Source: Copranaerobaculum intestinale
Lineage (GTDB): Bacteria; Bacillota_I; Bacilli_A; Erysipelotrichales; Erysipelotrichaceae
Assembly (NCBI RefSeq): GCF_009831105.1
Contig: NZ_WUUQ01000002.1
Location: forward strand, 570,001-602,000
Reading direction: 5' to 3'
Length of the DNA stretch: 32,000 bases
Part shown: positions 8,803 to 16,319 of the stretch, piece after piece
Layout of the letters: every line of letters begins with the position of its first letter
How positions within the stretch are numbered: the stretch's first letter is position 1
Notes under the pieces: model-generated
What the model was told of the DNA's origin: nothing
Databases searched by the model: none
Seen by the model: only the letters and a program-made list of their open reading frames with translations
Made by a program: the position numbers and the translations under genes

Positions 8803-8839
8803 AAAAAAACAGCCTAACGATTACTCGGTAAGCTGTTTT
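8803..8839. terminator. imperfect hairpin flanked by A7 and T4 runs
   Basis: Stem CAGC (8810-8813) / GCTG (8832-8835) plus inner pairs with two mismatches. A U7 tract follows on the minus strand. Confidence 0.35.
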
Positions 8840-8868
8840 GTATCATTCATCTAAGCTTTTTTCAATTA

Positions 8869-9054
8869 CTATTCATTTTTCGCTTGTGAGCGCTGGATCA
8901 TTTGATATAACTGTTTGCTGCTCATACCGATCGAACGAAGCTGTGCAAACTCATGTTTGCGCAGCAGCATGCTGATCATCATGGTAATAACGATATTCAC
9001 AGTCATCACAATCAACAAAAAGAAAGATAAAAAGAATAGGAACAGCTGAATCAC
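8869..9054 (-). pseudogene. probable relic of an FtsX/MacB-type ABC permease (single TM plus loop fragment)
   Basis: 61-aa ORF. One TM segment is followed by LLRKHEFAQLRSIGMSSKQLYQMI, which resembles the FtsX-domain loop (ER.REIG.L.A.G....I). The N-terminal part and the later TM segments are missing. The ORF starts right after the SDR terminator with no promoter. Confidence 0.3.
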
Positions 9055-9067
9055 ATGTATGAAACTA

Positions 9068-9108
9068 CAAAAAAGGCTTGTCTTTCCTTTGAGGAAATAT
9101 CCAAGCCT
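9068..9108 (-). terminator. intrinsic terminator after the SDR gene
   Basis: Stem AGGCTTG (9074-9080) / CAAGCCT (9102-9108) with an inner TTTCC/GGAAA hairpin. A U-run follows on the minus strand. It is nested in a 10-bp outer inverted repeat, ATGTATGAAA/TTTCATACAT (9057-9120). Confidence 0.5.
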
Positions 9109-9152
9109 ATTTCATACATATCTGCTGTTTAAAAATTTATTTATCCAAATAA

Positions 9153-9914
9153 TTATATAATGATTGCACCGTCTACAGATAATACAGTGCCGCTGATATA
9201 ACTTGCTAAGTCGGAAGCTAAGAACAGGAATGCGTTCGCGATATCTTCCGGCTCGCCCAAACGCTGCATTGGGATACCCGCTGCCATGCCGGCAATCAAT
9301 TTCTGATCCAAAGCCGCTACCATATCCGTTGCGATGATGCCCGGTGCTACCGCGTTTACACGAATGTGCATAGGCCCCAGTTCTCTGGCCAGTGATTTTG
9401 TCATACCGTTGATAGCAAATTTACTAGTAGGATATGCTACGCCGCTCTTTTGTGCATATAAACTGACGACCGAACTCGTATTGATGATATTTCCGCCACC
9501 GTGCTCTTTCATGCTGGGCACAACCGCACGAATCATATTTAATGCCGATGATACATTGATATCCATGACGTTATGAAAATGCTCATCGTCATACTGAAGC
9601 AAAGGCGTTGCATCCGAAACTCCAGCATTGTTGATTAATACATCTACTGATCCAAATTCCTTTTCAATTTCGGCAATTACGTCTCTAACTGCCTGAGCAT
9701 CGGTTAAATCCGGATGATAGCCCTTGACCGGATAATCTGAATTCTCTTCCATCAATTTTGTCATTGCTTTGTCTACGGTTTCCTGCCGGGAACCGAACAA
9801 TGCTACTTTTGCACCTTCCTTTAAAAATGCTTTTACTGCCGCAAATCCGATACCGCGGGTTCCGCCGGTTATAACAACGACTTTATCCTGCAGTGATGTA
9901 AATGTTCCACTCAT
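9153..9914 (-). CDS. short-chain dehydrogenase/reductase (FabG-like)
   Basis: Cofactor motif TGGTRGIG, NNAG, and the catalytic Ser...YxxxK motif (YPTSK). AAGGAG RBS. Confidence 0.85.
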   Translation of the reverse strand: MSGTFTSLQDKVVVITGGTRGIGFAAVKAFLKEGAKVALFGSRQETVDKAMTKLMEENSDYPVKGYHPDLTDAQAVRDVIAEIEKEFGSVDVLINNAGVSDATPLLQYDDEHFHNVMDINVSSALNMIRAVVPSMKEHGGGNIINTSSVVSLYAQKSGVAYPTSKFAINGMTKSLARELGPMHIRVNAVAPGIIATDMVAALDQKLIAGMAAGIPMQRLGEPEDIANAFLFLASDLASYISGTVLSVDGAIII

Positions 9915-9949
9915 TTTGAATCTCCTTTCTTTACCTTTTATATGTGAAT

Positions 9950-9978
9950 ATTATAACATGTCTATACCAAATAGGCAA
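9950..9978 (-). promoter_or_regulatory. sigma-A promoter TTGCCT-17-TGtTATAAT for the SDR gene
   Basis: On the minus strand, TTGCCT is at 9973-9978 and TATAAT at 9950-9955, with TG at -15/-14. Confidence 0.45.
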
Positions 9979-10010
9979 AAAAAAGCCTAAATAAAAGGAT
10001 AATTAAGGCT
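9976..10010 (-). terminator. possible terminator after spoVAF
   Basis: Stem AGCCT (9984-9988) / AGGCT (10006-10010), followed on the minus strand by U8. The stem is short and contains the stop codon. Confidence 0.3.
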
Positions 10011-11355
10011 TTTTAATCTGAATGGGACTGCCAAAAAAGATTTTCTTCAGCGCTTTATAAGAAAACGGAAGAAATGGGTATAAATAAGGATACTTTACGG
10101 TTTTTGTAGACATTAGGATAAGAATATGTAAAAAGATGCCCAAACAGAAACCCTTCAATCCAAAAAGCAAAGAGAGCGCACCGATCAAAATACGAAATGC
10201 TTTATTTGCTAACGATAATTCATAGCTTGGAGTAATCAAATTACCAATATTAACAAGGGCAATCATCGCCAGTATCTCTTTGGTTGTCGCTCCTAATTCC
10301 ACAGCGGTATCTCCCAGCAAAAAGACGGCAATAAATCCCATGATGCCTGATAGTACCGTCGGTGTGTGAATAAGCGCCTGACGGATCCATTCCACAACAA
10401 TATCCGCAAACAGGATTTGAAAGGCAAATTCTGCCGGTTTGATTTCCAGAAGCGGAATCGCAAGCATGGTTGGGTTATGAGTCACATTGATAACGATCCA
10501 AAGCGGAATCAGATATAGCGAAAAGAAAATACCGATCAGCCGGATAATTCTGGTAAAACAAGCGATCAACGGTGTCTGCGTATATTCTTCAATCTGTTTT
10601 GTCTGTTCAAAAAAGGTTGTTGGGATAATCATGGCAGTTGGTGAATTATCAACTACCACAACCAGATAGCCCTGTAAAAGATGAATCGAACAGATATCGG
10701 GCCGCTCGGTATAGCGTACATGCGGATAGGGATTCATTGTTTTACCGTATAACTCCTCACATAAATTGCGCTCCGATAAAATTTCCGTTTCATCCAGATT
10801 TAACAAACGATTTTCAAAGTCCTGTAAAATATCCGGATCAACGAGCTTTTCAATATAGGCATACGCAATATCAGTGCGGGTTTTTACACCTTCTTTATTC
10901 AAAATAATACGCAGCCGCGGATCGCGAATCCGTCTTCTCAGCAGACCGACATTTAAAATAATGTTTTCGACAAAACCGTCATGACTGCCGCGGATGCTTT
11001 TTTCTACACTTGGCTCCGCTGTCTGCCGGGACGGATATTGTCTTGTTTCAATACAGTAATACTTCTCATCACCAGCTATGATCACTACACACTGTCCGCT
11101 TAAAATTTGTAAGATTGCTTTATGCAGATCGGTGATTGCATCGACGCTGCCTGGATAAAAAGTTACCGAGAGTCCCTTTGAACCGGTAATTACCATGCTT
11201 TCAATGATTTCCGCAATCATCTTGCTGTCGGTTAAGGATGATAGAAAGATCGCCCATGCTTCCGTCTGTTCGATATGCACATGACGAAACACGAGGTCAA
11301 AGGAAGCTGCTAATTTATCTTGAATCGCAGCGCAGCGAGAATCAAGTGTATTCAT
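10003..11355 (-). CDS. spoVAF: stage V sporulation protein AF (GerA-family A-subunit homologue)
   Basis: 450 aa. Soluble N-terminal half with RRRIRDPRLRI, and a C-terminal half with about 5 TM segments, as in GerAA/SpoVAF. Its start abuts the spoVAE stop, making it the last gene of the spoVA operon. Confidence 0.7.
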   Translation of the reverse strand: MNTLDSRCAAIQDKLAASFDLVFRHVHIEQTEAWAIFLSSLTDSKMIAEIIESMVITGSKGLSVTFYPGSVDAITDLHKAILQILSGQCVVIIAGDEKYYCIETRQYPSRQTAEPSVEKSIRGSHDGFVENIILNVGLLRRRIRDPRLRIILNKEGVKTRTDIAYAYIEKLVDPDILQDFENRLLNLDETEILSERNLCEELYGKTMNPYPHVRYTERPDICSIHLLQGYLVVVVDNSPTAMIIPTTFFEQTKQIEEYTQTPLIACFTRIIRLIGIFFSLYLIPLWIVINVTHNPTMLAIPLLEIKPAEFAFQILFADIVVEWIRQALIHTPTVLSGIMGFIAVFLLGDTAVELGATTKEILAMIALVNIGNLITPSYELSLANKAFRILIGALSLLFGLKGFCLGIFLHILILMSTKTVKYPYLYPFLPFSYKALKKIFFGSPIQIKKP

Positions 11356-11708
11356 CAGCTCTTCGGTTTAAAGATAACCGCTGCTAAGAATGCGAATAAG
11401 ATACCGCTGGTAATGCCGGCTGCGGTTAGATCAAACATTCCCAGGGCGATTCCGATCAAGCCGTTTTCCTGCGCAGCAGCTAATGCGCCATGAATCAACG
11501 AATGTCCAAAGCTGGTTATTGGCAAGGCTGCCCCAGCACCTCCGAAGGTCAACAGCTTGTCATATAGTCCAAATACATCAAGAGCAGCTCCCAGCACGAC
11601 AAATAATGAGGTAATATGTCCGGCAGTCAATTTGGAATTATCATAAATCAACTGACCGGCCAGGGATATTCCTCCACAGACCAGAAATGCATTCACAAAT
11701 GTCATCAT
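11355..11708 (-). CDS. spoVAE: stage V sporulation protein AE (SpoVAEb type)
   Basis: 117-aa Gly/Ala-rich membrane protein (AGHITSLFVVLGA...ALPITSFGHSL). ATGA overlap with the spoVAD stop. Confidence 0.8.
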   Translation of the reverse strand: MMTFVNAFLVCGGISLAGQLIYDNSKLTAGHITSLFVVLGAALDVFGLYDKLLTFGGAGAALPITSFGHSLIHGALAAAQENGLIGIALGMFDLTAAGITSGILFAFLAAVIFKPKS

Positions 11709-12703
11709 TGCGATCCCTCTCTTTCATATACGATTGCATGAGCGATACATGGCACACTCTCCTTTTGCTGAATCGCTACTGGAGACAAAAGAGCCCCGGT
11801 CGCGATTACCATAATTCGCCGATACTTACCTTCCTCCAGTTCTTTCAAAAGCTTTGCCATCGATACACACATACTGGATGCACAGCCGCTGCCGCCACAG
11901 AAGACCGGCTGCTTTTCAATATCGTAGACCATCATGCCGCAATCAAATAGTTTATTTTGCAGATCATAGCCTTTTTGTACGAGCAAATCACACAGAAACG
12001 AAAAACCAAGCTTTGATAAATCTCCGGTAACGATCAGATCATAATCATCAAAACCGCGCTTGGTATCCTGAAAATGTGTGAGCAGTGTATCAAGTGCGGC
12101 CGGGGTCATTGCAATTCCCATATCATTCGCATCGGTATGGTTCCAATCAATGATTTTCCCGATTGTGAAGTCTGTTACCTTGATTGCAGATTTCTCGTTA
12201 CTGAGAACGATCGCTCCGGCACCGGTTACGGTTAATGTCGTCGTCGGCTTTTTTTGAATGCCGTATTCATTGGGAAACCGAAATTGTCGTTCTGCCGTAT
12301 TGGTATGGGAAGATGTAAAAGCCAATGCTTTTTTAGCCATTCCCTGTTCTACTAATAAAGCAGCTTCACCGATTACTAAGGACGATGTTGCACAGGCGGC
12401 ATACATACCGATAAAAGGCACCTGTAGCTGACGGGCAAAATAATGGGATGAGGTCAGCTGATTGATGAGATCACCGCCGATTAAGATATCAATATCATCA
12501 ATTCCCAGTTCAGCCCGGCGAAGTGCATGATCACTGGCACTTGTCAGCAGTGCCCGCTCTGCTTTTTCAAAGGTACTTTCCCCGCAGTAAGAATCATCAA
12601 AGGTCTGATCGAACAATGAACCGATCGGCCCCTCTTTTTCCAATTTTCCTCCGGCTGTTCCCCTGCCGTTTACATATACATGTTGAAAATGAAATGTTGT
12701 CAT
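11705..12703 (-). CDS. spoVAD: stage V sporulation protein AD (thiolase/KAS-III-like fold)
   Basis: 332 aa with condensing-enzyme-like segments (GMYAACATSS, VFCGGSGCASS). It lies between spoVAC and spoVAE. GGAGG RBS. Confidence 0.85.
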   Translation of the reverse strand: MTTFHFQHVYVNGRGTAGGKLEKEGPIGSLFDQTFDDSYCGESTFEKAERALLTSASDHALRRAELGIDDIDILIGGDLINQLTSSHYFARQLQVPFIGMYAACATSSLVIGEAALLVEQGMAKKALAFTSSHTNTAERQFRFPNEYGIQKKPTTTLTVTGAGAIVLSNEKSAIKVTDFTIGKIIDWNHTDANDMGIAMTPAALDTLLTHFQDTKRGFDDYDLIVTGDLSKLGFSFLCDLLVQKGYDLQNKLFDCGMMVYDIEKQPVFCGGSGCASSMCVSMAKLLKELEEGKYRRIMVIATGALLSPVAIQQKESVPCIAHAIVYEREGSQ

Positions 12704-12705
12704 AT

Positions 12706-13146
12706 TTAACCTCCAAACAGGACATAGCGAATCATCCCAAAGATAAAGGCAGAAGCGATTCCATAGGTTAATACAGAACCGGCCAATTTAAACATATTGC
12801 CGCCGATTCCATAAATTGGACCCTCGCTTCGGCCCTCCATCGCGCTGGCAGTTAAAGAATTGGCAAATCCAGAAATCGGAATAAACAGTCCAGCTCCGCA
12901 AATCTGCGCCATTTTATCAAACAGACCTAAGCCGGTCAGAATTGCCGTGATCAAAATAACGGTCACGATCATTGGGGCAACCGCATTCTTCTGCGAAAAA
13001 CCGCAGAAATTTTCATAAAACAACATCAGCAGCTGTCCGAAGATGCCCATGCAGCCCCCGCTGATAAATGCAATGAGTGCCTGCTTTCCCTTATTTTGCT
13101 TAGGCACGTGTTTCTGTGCCGTCTGCTTTAAATTACGTTCGTTCAT
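12706..13146 (-). CDS. spoVAC: stage V sporulation protein AC
   Basis: 146-aa membrane protein (KQALIAFISGGCMGIFGQ...). The start is set at the ATG at 13146, which has AGGAGG 7 nt upstream. The longer ORF-track N-terminus has no support. Confidence 0.8.
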   Translation of the reverse strand: MNERNLKQTAQKHVPKQNKGKQALIAFISGGCMGIFGQLLMLFYENFCGFSQKNAVAPMIVTVILITAILTGLGLFDKMAQICGAGLFIPISGFANSLTASAMEGRSEGPIYGIGGNMFKLAGSVLTYGIASAFIFGMIRYVLFGG

Positions 13147-13166
13147 TTGCATACCTCCTACCCTGC

Positions 13167-13196
13167 TAGTATGCGCGGGAAAACGGCCTTTATCAG
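13167..13196 (-). promoter_or_regulatory. candidate forespore (sigma-G/F-type) promoter for spoVAC-AF
   Basis: The minus strand reads cTGATAa, a 17-nt spacer, then CATACTA. The -10 fits the sigma-G consensus CATxxTA. The -35 fits GHATR only partly. Confidence 0.4.
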
Positions 13197-13213
13197 GATT
13201 TGACCAGAGAAAT

Positions 13214-13238
13214 AAAAAAACCGATCCCGTAGATTCGG
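13214..13238 (-). terminator. possible terminator after gerM
   Basis: Imperfect stem CCGA..../....TCGG (13221-13238), followed on the minus strand by U7 (A-run 13214-13220). Confidence 0.4.
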
Positions 13239-13252
13239 AATCAGTTGTTATT

Positions 13253-14233
13253 TTAAAAGGCGGTGCGATTATAGGAAAGCGAGGATACCGATACCGCTTC
13301 TTCATTAGAGCCGTGCAGCGATACGACAACATCATCGACACAGACTTTTACCTTATCCACGCCGGATATCGTAGCTAAGGATAAAACAAGTGTCTCGTAG
13401 GCCTCCTGCTTAGCAGCACGATCTTCACTCAAAATATTTTGATTCAGATTAACAACGAGCGTATTCCCTTCCATATAGGCTTCCTTACTCATCTGCACCT
13501 GATCGGCAAACAATGGCTGTTCAAGGCCTGAGGAAACACTGATATCAGCAAGGACTGCCTTTACCTGATCGTTTATGGATGCCTGATCAGCCTTGATACG
13601 GTTGGTTTTCGGTACATAATATACATCATTGCGTATCTGTTTCGTATAGAATACTGTGAGCGGCTGCGTATTAAACAGCTCGGTTGATGCGGTTTCAAAA
13701 TTATTGATGCCCAGCGTACGATCCATATGATCGGTTATCGGTGTTTTGCCAACCGGCATTTCCGTAAGCAGTGTCCCGTCTATTGCAAATGCAACCTGTT
13801 TCACTTCTGGAAATTGAGTAGCTCCCCATACGAGCGATTCGATCACCCGCAGCTCTTCTGCTTTTTTGTAAGAAGCAAATTGCTTATTAAAATTCAGCGT
13901 TGCTTTGCCATTCTTAATATCAGCACTTTTTAATGCCGCGTTCTTTTGGAACAGCTTGCGAAAGGCTCCCTTTTCATGATTATGATTCATATAGCTCACC
14001 ATTGTCTTCAGTTTATCCGGCAGCGATAAATCCGAATCTACGGGAATGCTGAGCGGTACCAGTGTCTGATCCTGATCAGGCATATAAACCTGTAACATCG
14101 GGGTACTGCCATCGGCAATCACGAGCTTCTGATCACTTTTATCCGGCAGCATAATCACGGAAAGATAGGTGATCATAGCGACTGCCGCAAAGAGAAAAAC
14201 AATTTGTTTTCGATATTGCGTTACTTTTTTCAT
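13253..14233 (-). CDS. gerM: GerM-like sporulation/germination protein (two GerMN-type repeats)
   Basis: N-terminal membrane anchor. Two repeats end in the GerMN-like signatures ESLVWGATQFPEVKQVAFAIDG and ETLVLSLATISGVDKVKVCVDD. It is adjacent to murI, as gerM is near racE in B. subtilis. Confidence 0.65.
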   Translation of the reverse strand: MKKVTQYRKQIVFLFAAVAMITYLSVIMLPDKSDQKLVIADGSTPMLQVYMPDQDQTLVPLSIPVDSDLSLPDKLKTMVSYMNHNHEKGAFRKLFQKNAALKSADIKNGKATLNFNKQFASYKKAEELRVIESLVWGATQFPEVKQVAFAIDGTLLTEMPVGKTPITDHMDRTLGINNFETASTELFNTQPLTVFYTKQIRNDVYYVPKTNRIKADQASINDQVKAVLADISVSSGLEQPLFADQVQMSKEAYMEGNTLVVNLNQNILSEDRAAKQEAYETLVLSLATISGVDKVKVCVDDVVVSLHGSNEEAVSVSSLSYNRTAF

Positions 14234-14250
14234 AATTCACACCTCAGTAG

Positions 14251-14258
14251 AGTATATG
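14251..14258 (-). promoter_or_regulatory. candidate mother-cell-type -10 element CATATACT upstream of gerM
   Basis: CATATACT on the minus strand, 17 nt before the gerM ATG. This is the same octamer and spacing as at dacB. Confidence 0.3.
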
Positions 14259-14277
14259 AGAAAGCAACAAAAAAAGA

Positions 14278-15036
14278 CTAAGATGAAAGCGTTAATTCCT
14301 TAACATCATAATCTTTTTTGATAATGGTTTGAATCTGTCGATGCATCAGCTGTGCATCCTTCGTGGTATAGATCGTAACACTTCCCGGTTCATCATGCTT
14401 TACAAACGGTACCGATTTCACCACCGCCGCATCTGAATCATAAACCGGTACCTGTATGATCTGCTCGATTTGATCTTTTACGATCGGATAATGGGTACAG
14501 CCCAGTACTACAGCATCAACCTGCCCCTGATACGGCAGCAAATATTCTTCTAGGGCTTCCTGCAACGCTTCTTGACTGCCTTCGTTTTCCAGCAGCGGAA
14601 CCAGCTTTACCGCTGCGACTTCATACACCTCACAGGTTGAAAGACGGCTAAGGATGGCGTCTCGGTATGCATGGGCTGCGACCGTTTTTGCTGTTGCCAG
14701 CACCAAGACCCGCTTTACATCCGATGGTAGCTCCTTCACCGTCGCATCGATAATACCGTGTAGCTTCATATGCGGATACTCTTTGATTAAGCTATCCAAG
14801 GCATTGGCACAGATCGTATTACACGCCACAATGACATCTTGGATGCCCTGTGACTGAAAATAATTCAGCAGATCACAGGCATAAGAATGAATCTCTTCCT
14901 TACTTTTATCACCGTAGGGAGCATGCTGCTGATCACCGATAAATACATAATCGTAATTCGGATAGGCATTTACACAGGCATTCAGAACCATGATCCCGCC
15001 AAGCCCCGAATCAATCATTCCCAGTCGTTTTTTCAT
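14278..15036 (-). CDS. murI: glutamate racemase
   Basis: Motifs IDSGLGG, the VACNT catalytic Cys and GCTHYP. The ATG at 15036 gives MKKRLGMIDSGLGG. It overlaps the upstream gene by 26 nt. Confidence 0.85.
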   Translation of the reverse strand: MKKRLGMIDSGLGGIMVLNACVNAYPNYDYVFIGDQQHAPYGDKSKEEIHSYACDLLNYFQSQGIQDVIVACNTICANALDSLIKEYPHMKLHGIIDATVKELPSDVKRVLVLATAKTVAAHAYRDAILSRLSTCEVYEVAAVKLVPLLENEGSQEALQEALEEYLLPYQGQVDAVVLGCTHYPIVKDQIEQIIQVPVYDSDAAVVKSVPFVKHDEPGSVTIYTTKDAQLMHRQIQTIIKKDYDVKELTLSS

Positions 15037-16045
15037 CTTCAAATTTCATATCTTCAAACAAGATATTCTCCTTATTCATTTTCTTGGCATTGCCTTTACC
15101 AACATAACGTATCGTATACGGCTGATACAATTTGCCGGTACGTGTCTCCTTATCCTTTGGATAACGAACGATAAAACCATATTTATAGGCATTTTCCGCA
15201 AGCCATTTCGCTTGTTCTTCTTTTCCTAACGTTTCTGAATCCGGTGCTTTTCCATCTGCTTCGGCAACTGTGAAGGTCACAGTATATCCCAACTGATGTT
15301 CACTATAGCCGGGATAATCCTCATATTTCATAAACGCATCCTGCCCATAGTGCAGCAGTGCTGCTTCATAGAGCGGCTGCTGTTCCTCATAACTCACATA
15401 AGCAGATGTAACGATCATGTTTCCGCATGTCTTACCGTTTATCGAAGCAGCGCCTTCACACAGCTCCTTGAGCGGTTCGATCGCCTCCTGCCGCAGCTTC
15501 ATTGAAGTACCCGTATGAGGTACGTCACTTAATAAAGCCAGATCCTTAGGTTCATAGCGAAACCACGTTCCATTTTTTGAACGCATGGTAGAAAGCTGAG
15601 AGGGATCACTGATCAATTTTTCACTGCCCATAAACCCATCTCCATTGTCATAGAAGTCCTCCAGCACAGCGTACGTATAATTACTGAGCAGCTCCGGCAA
15701 TGTAGTATATGACATATTCTCCCGATACTTGTTCACAAACGTAACGATATCCTGATTTGCCGCATCCTGTGTATGCTTCGCCACATCATACCAAAGCGTA
15801 TTGCGCAGCTCAAAACCCGACAGCTGGATATACGGTAAAAATTGTTCCGGCTGGATTTGCTGGGACGTCAGATAACCGATATCATCGGTACTTAATTTCT
15901 GCACGATCAGCTCTCTATCACTCTTTGAAAGCTTTGATTCATAAGGATAGCGTGCCAGCGGGTCATAATGCTGATTCATGGTGACAAAGCAGACACCGAA
16001 CAAAATCAGCAGACTGCCGATAAACAGAATACGTTTCAGTTTCAT
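15011..16045 (-). CDS. membrane-anchored VanY/LdcB-family (M15B) peptidase homologue, predicted catalytically degenerate
   Basis: N-terminal TM segment. Family signatures are PGYSEHQLGYTVTF (normally SEHQxGxAxD) and GFIVRYPKDKETRTGKLYQPYTIRYVG (normally YEPWHxRYVG). GAGGTG RBS lies 7 nt before the ATG at 16045. Confidence 0.7.
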   Translation of the reverse strand: MKLKRILFIGSLLILFGVCFVTMNQHYDPLARYPYESKLSKSDRELIVQKLSTDDIGYLTSQQIQPEQFLPYIQLSGFELRNTLWYDVAKHTQDAANQDIVTFVNKYRENMSYTTLPELLSNYTYAVLEDFYDNGDGFMGSEKLISDPSQLSTMRSKNGTWFRYEPKDLALLSDVPHTGTSMKLRQEAIEPLKELCEGAASINGKTCGNMIVTSAYVSYEEQQPLYEAALLHYGQDAFMKYEDYPGYSEHQLGYTVTFTVAEADGKAPDSETLGKEEQAKWLAENAYKYGFIVRYPKDKETRTGKLYQPYTIRYVGKGNAKKMNKENILFEDMKFEDEKTTGND

Positions 16046-16065
16046 TGACAAACACCTCGCTGACT

Positions 16066-16074
16066 ATTATAACA
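16066..16074 (-). promoter_or_regulatory. extended -10 promoter TGtTATAAT
   Basis: The minus strand reads TGTTATAAT, 20 nt upstream of the ATG at 16045. Confidence 0.4.
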
Positions 16075-16096
16075 TATTTTCAGGTATGAATAAGCT

Positions 16097-16125
16097 AAGA
16101 AAAAGAAAAGTGAAATTCACTTTTC
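16097..16125 (-). terminator. intrinsic terminator after gerE
   Basis: 9-bp stem GAAAAGTGA (16105-16113) / TCACTTTTC (16117-16125) with a 3-nt loop. TTTTTCTT follows on the minus strand. Confidence 0.65.
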
Positions 16126-16127
16126 TT

Positions 16128-16319
16128 CTACAATGATAATTCCTGCAGCTTTAACAGCTCCACAACCGCCTGTGCACGTCCCTTGACGCCCAGCTTCAGC
16201 ATCACATTCGATATATGGTTACGTACGGTCTTGTCACTGATCTGCATGATGGCCGCTATCTCTTTTGTACTATAATTCTGAATTAACAGATTAAATACCT
16301 GTTTTTCTCTTTGTGTCAA
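16128..16319 (-). CDS. gerE: LuxR/GerE-family HTH transcription regulator (GerE-like)
   Basis: 63 aa. EKQVFNLLIQNYSTKEIAAIMQISDKTVRNHISNVMLKLGVKGRAQAVVELL closely parallels B. subtilis GerE as I recall it. The only in-frame start is TTG at 16319. The SD is weak. Confidence 0.75.
   Translation of the reverse strand: MTQREKQVFNLLIQNYSTKEIAAIMQISDKTVRNHISNVMLKLGVKGRAQAVVELLKLQELSL

Noticed and set aside
8728-8804. 7-bp inverted repeat TCATCAT/ATGATGA with a 32-nt loop, and a 23-aa plus-strand ORF, in the scpA upstream region
   Set aside because: The stem is too short relative to the loop to be a stable structure. The mini-ORF has no RBS. Both are plausible by chance in AT-rich intergenic DNA.
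15704-15711. Additional CATATACT copies inside the VanY-like CDS (15704-15711, minus strand) and across the aspS start on the plus strand (31000-31007)
   Set aside because: The first is intragenic, and the second is in the wrong orientation with no downstream gene. They are treated as background occurrences, and they weaken any purely statistical argument for the motif.
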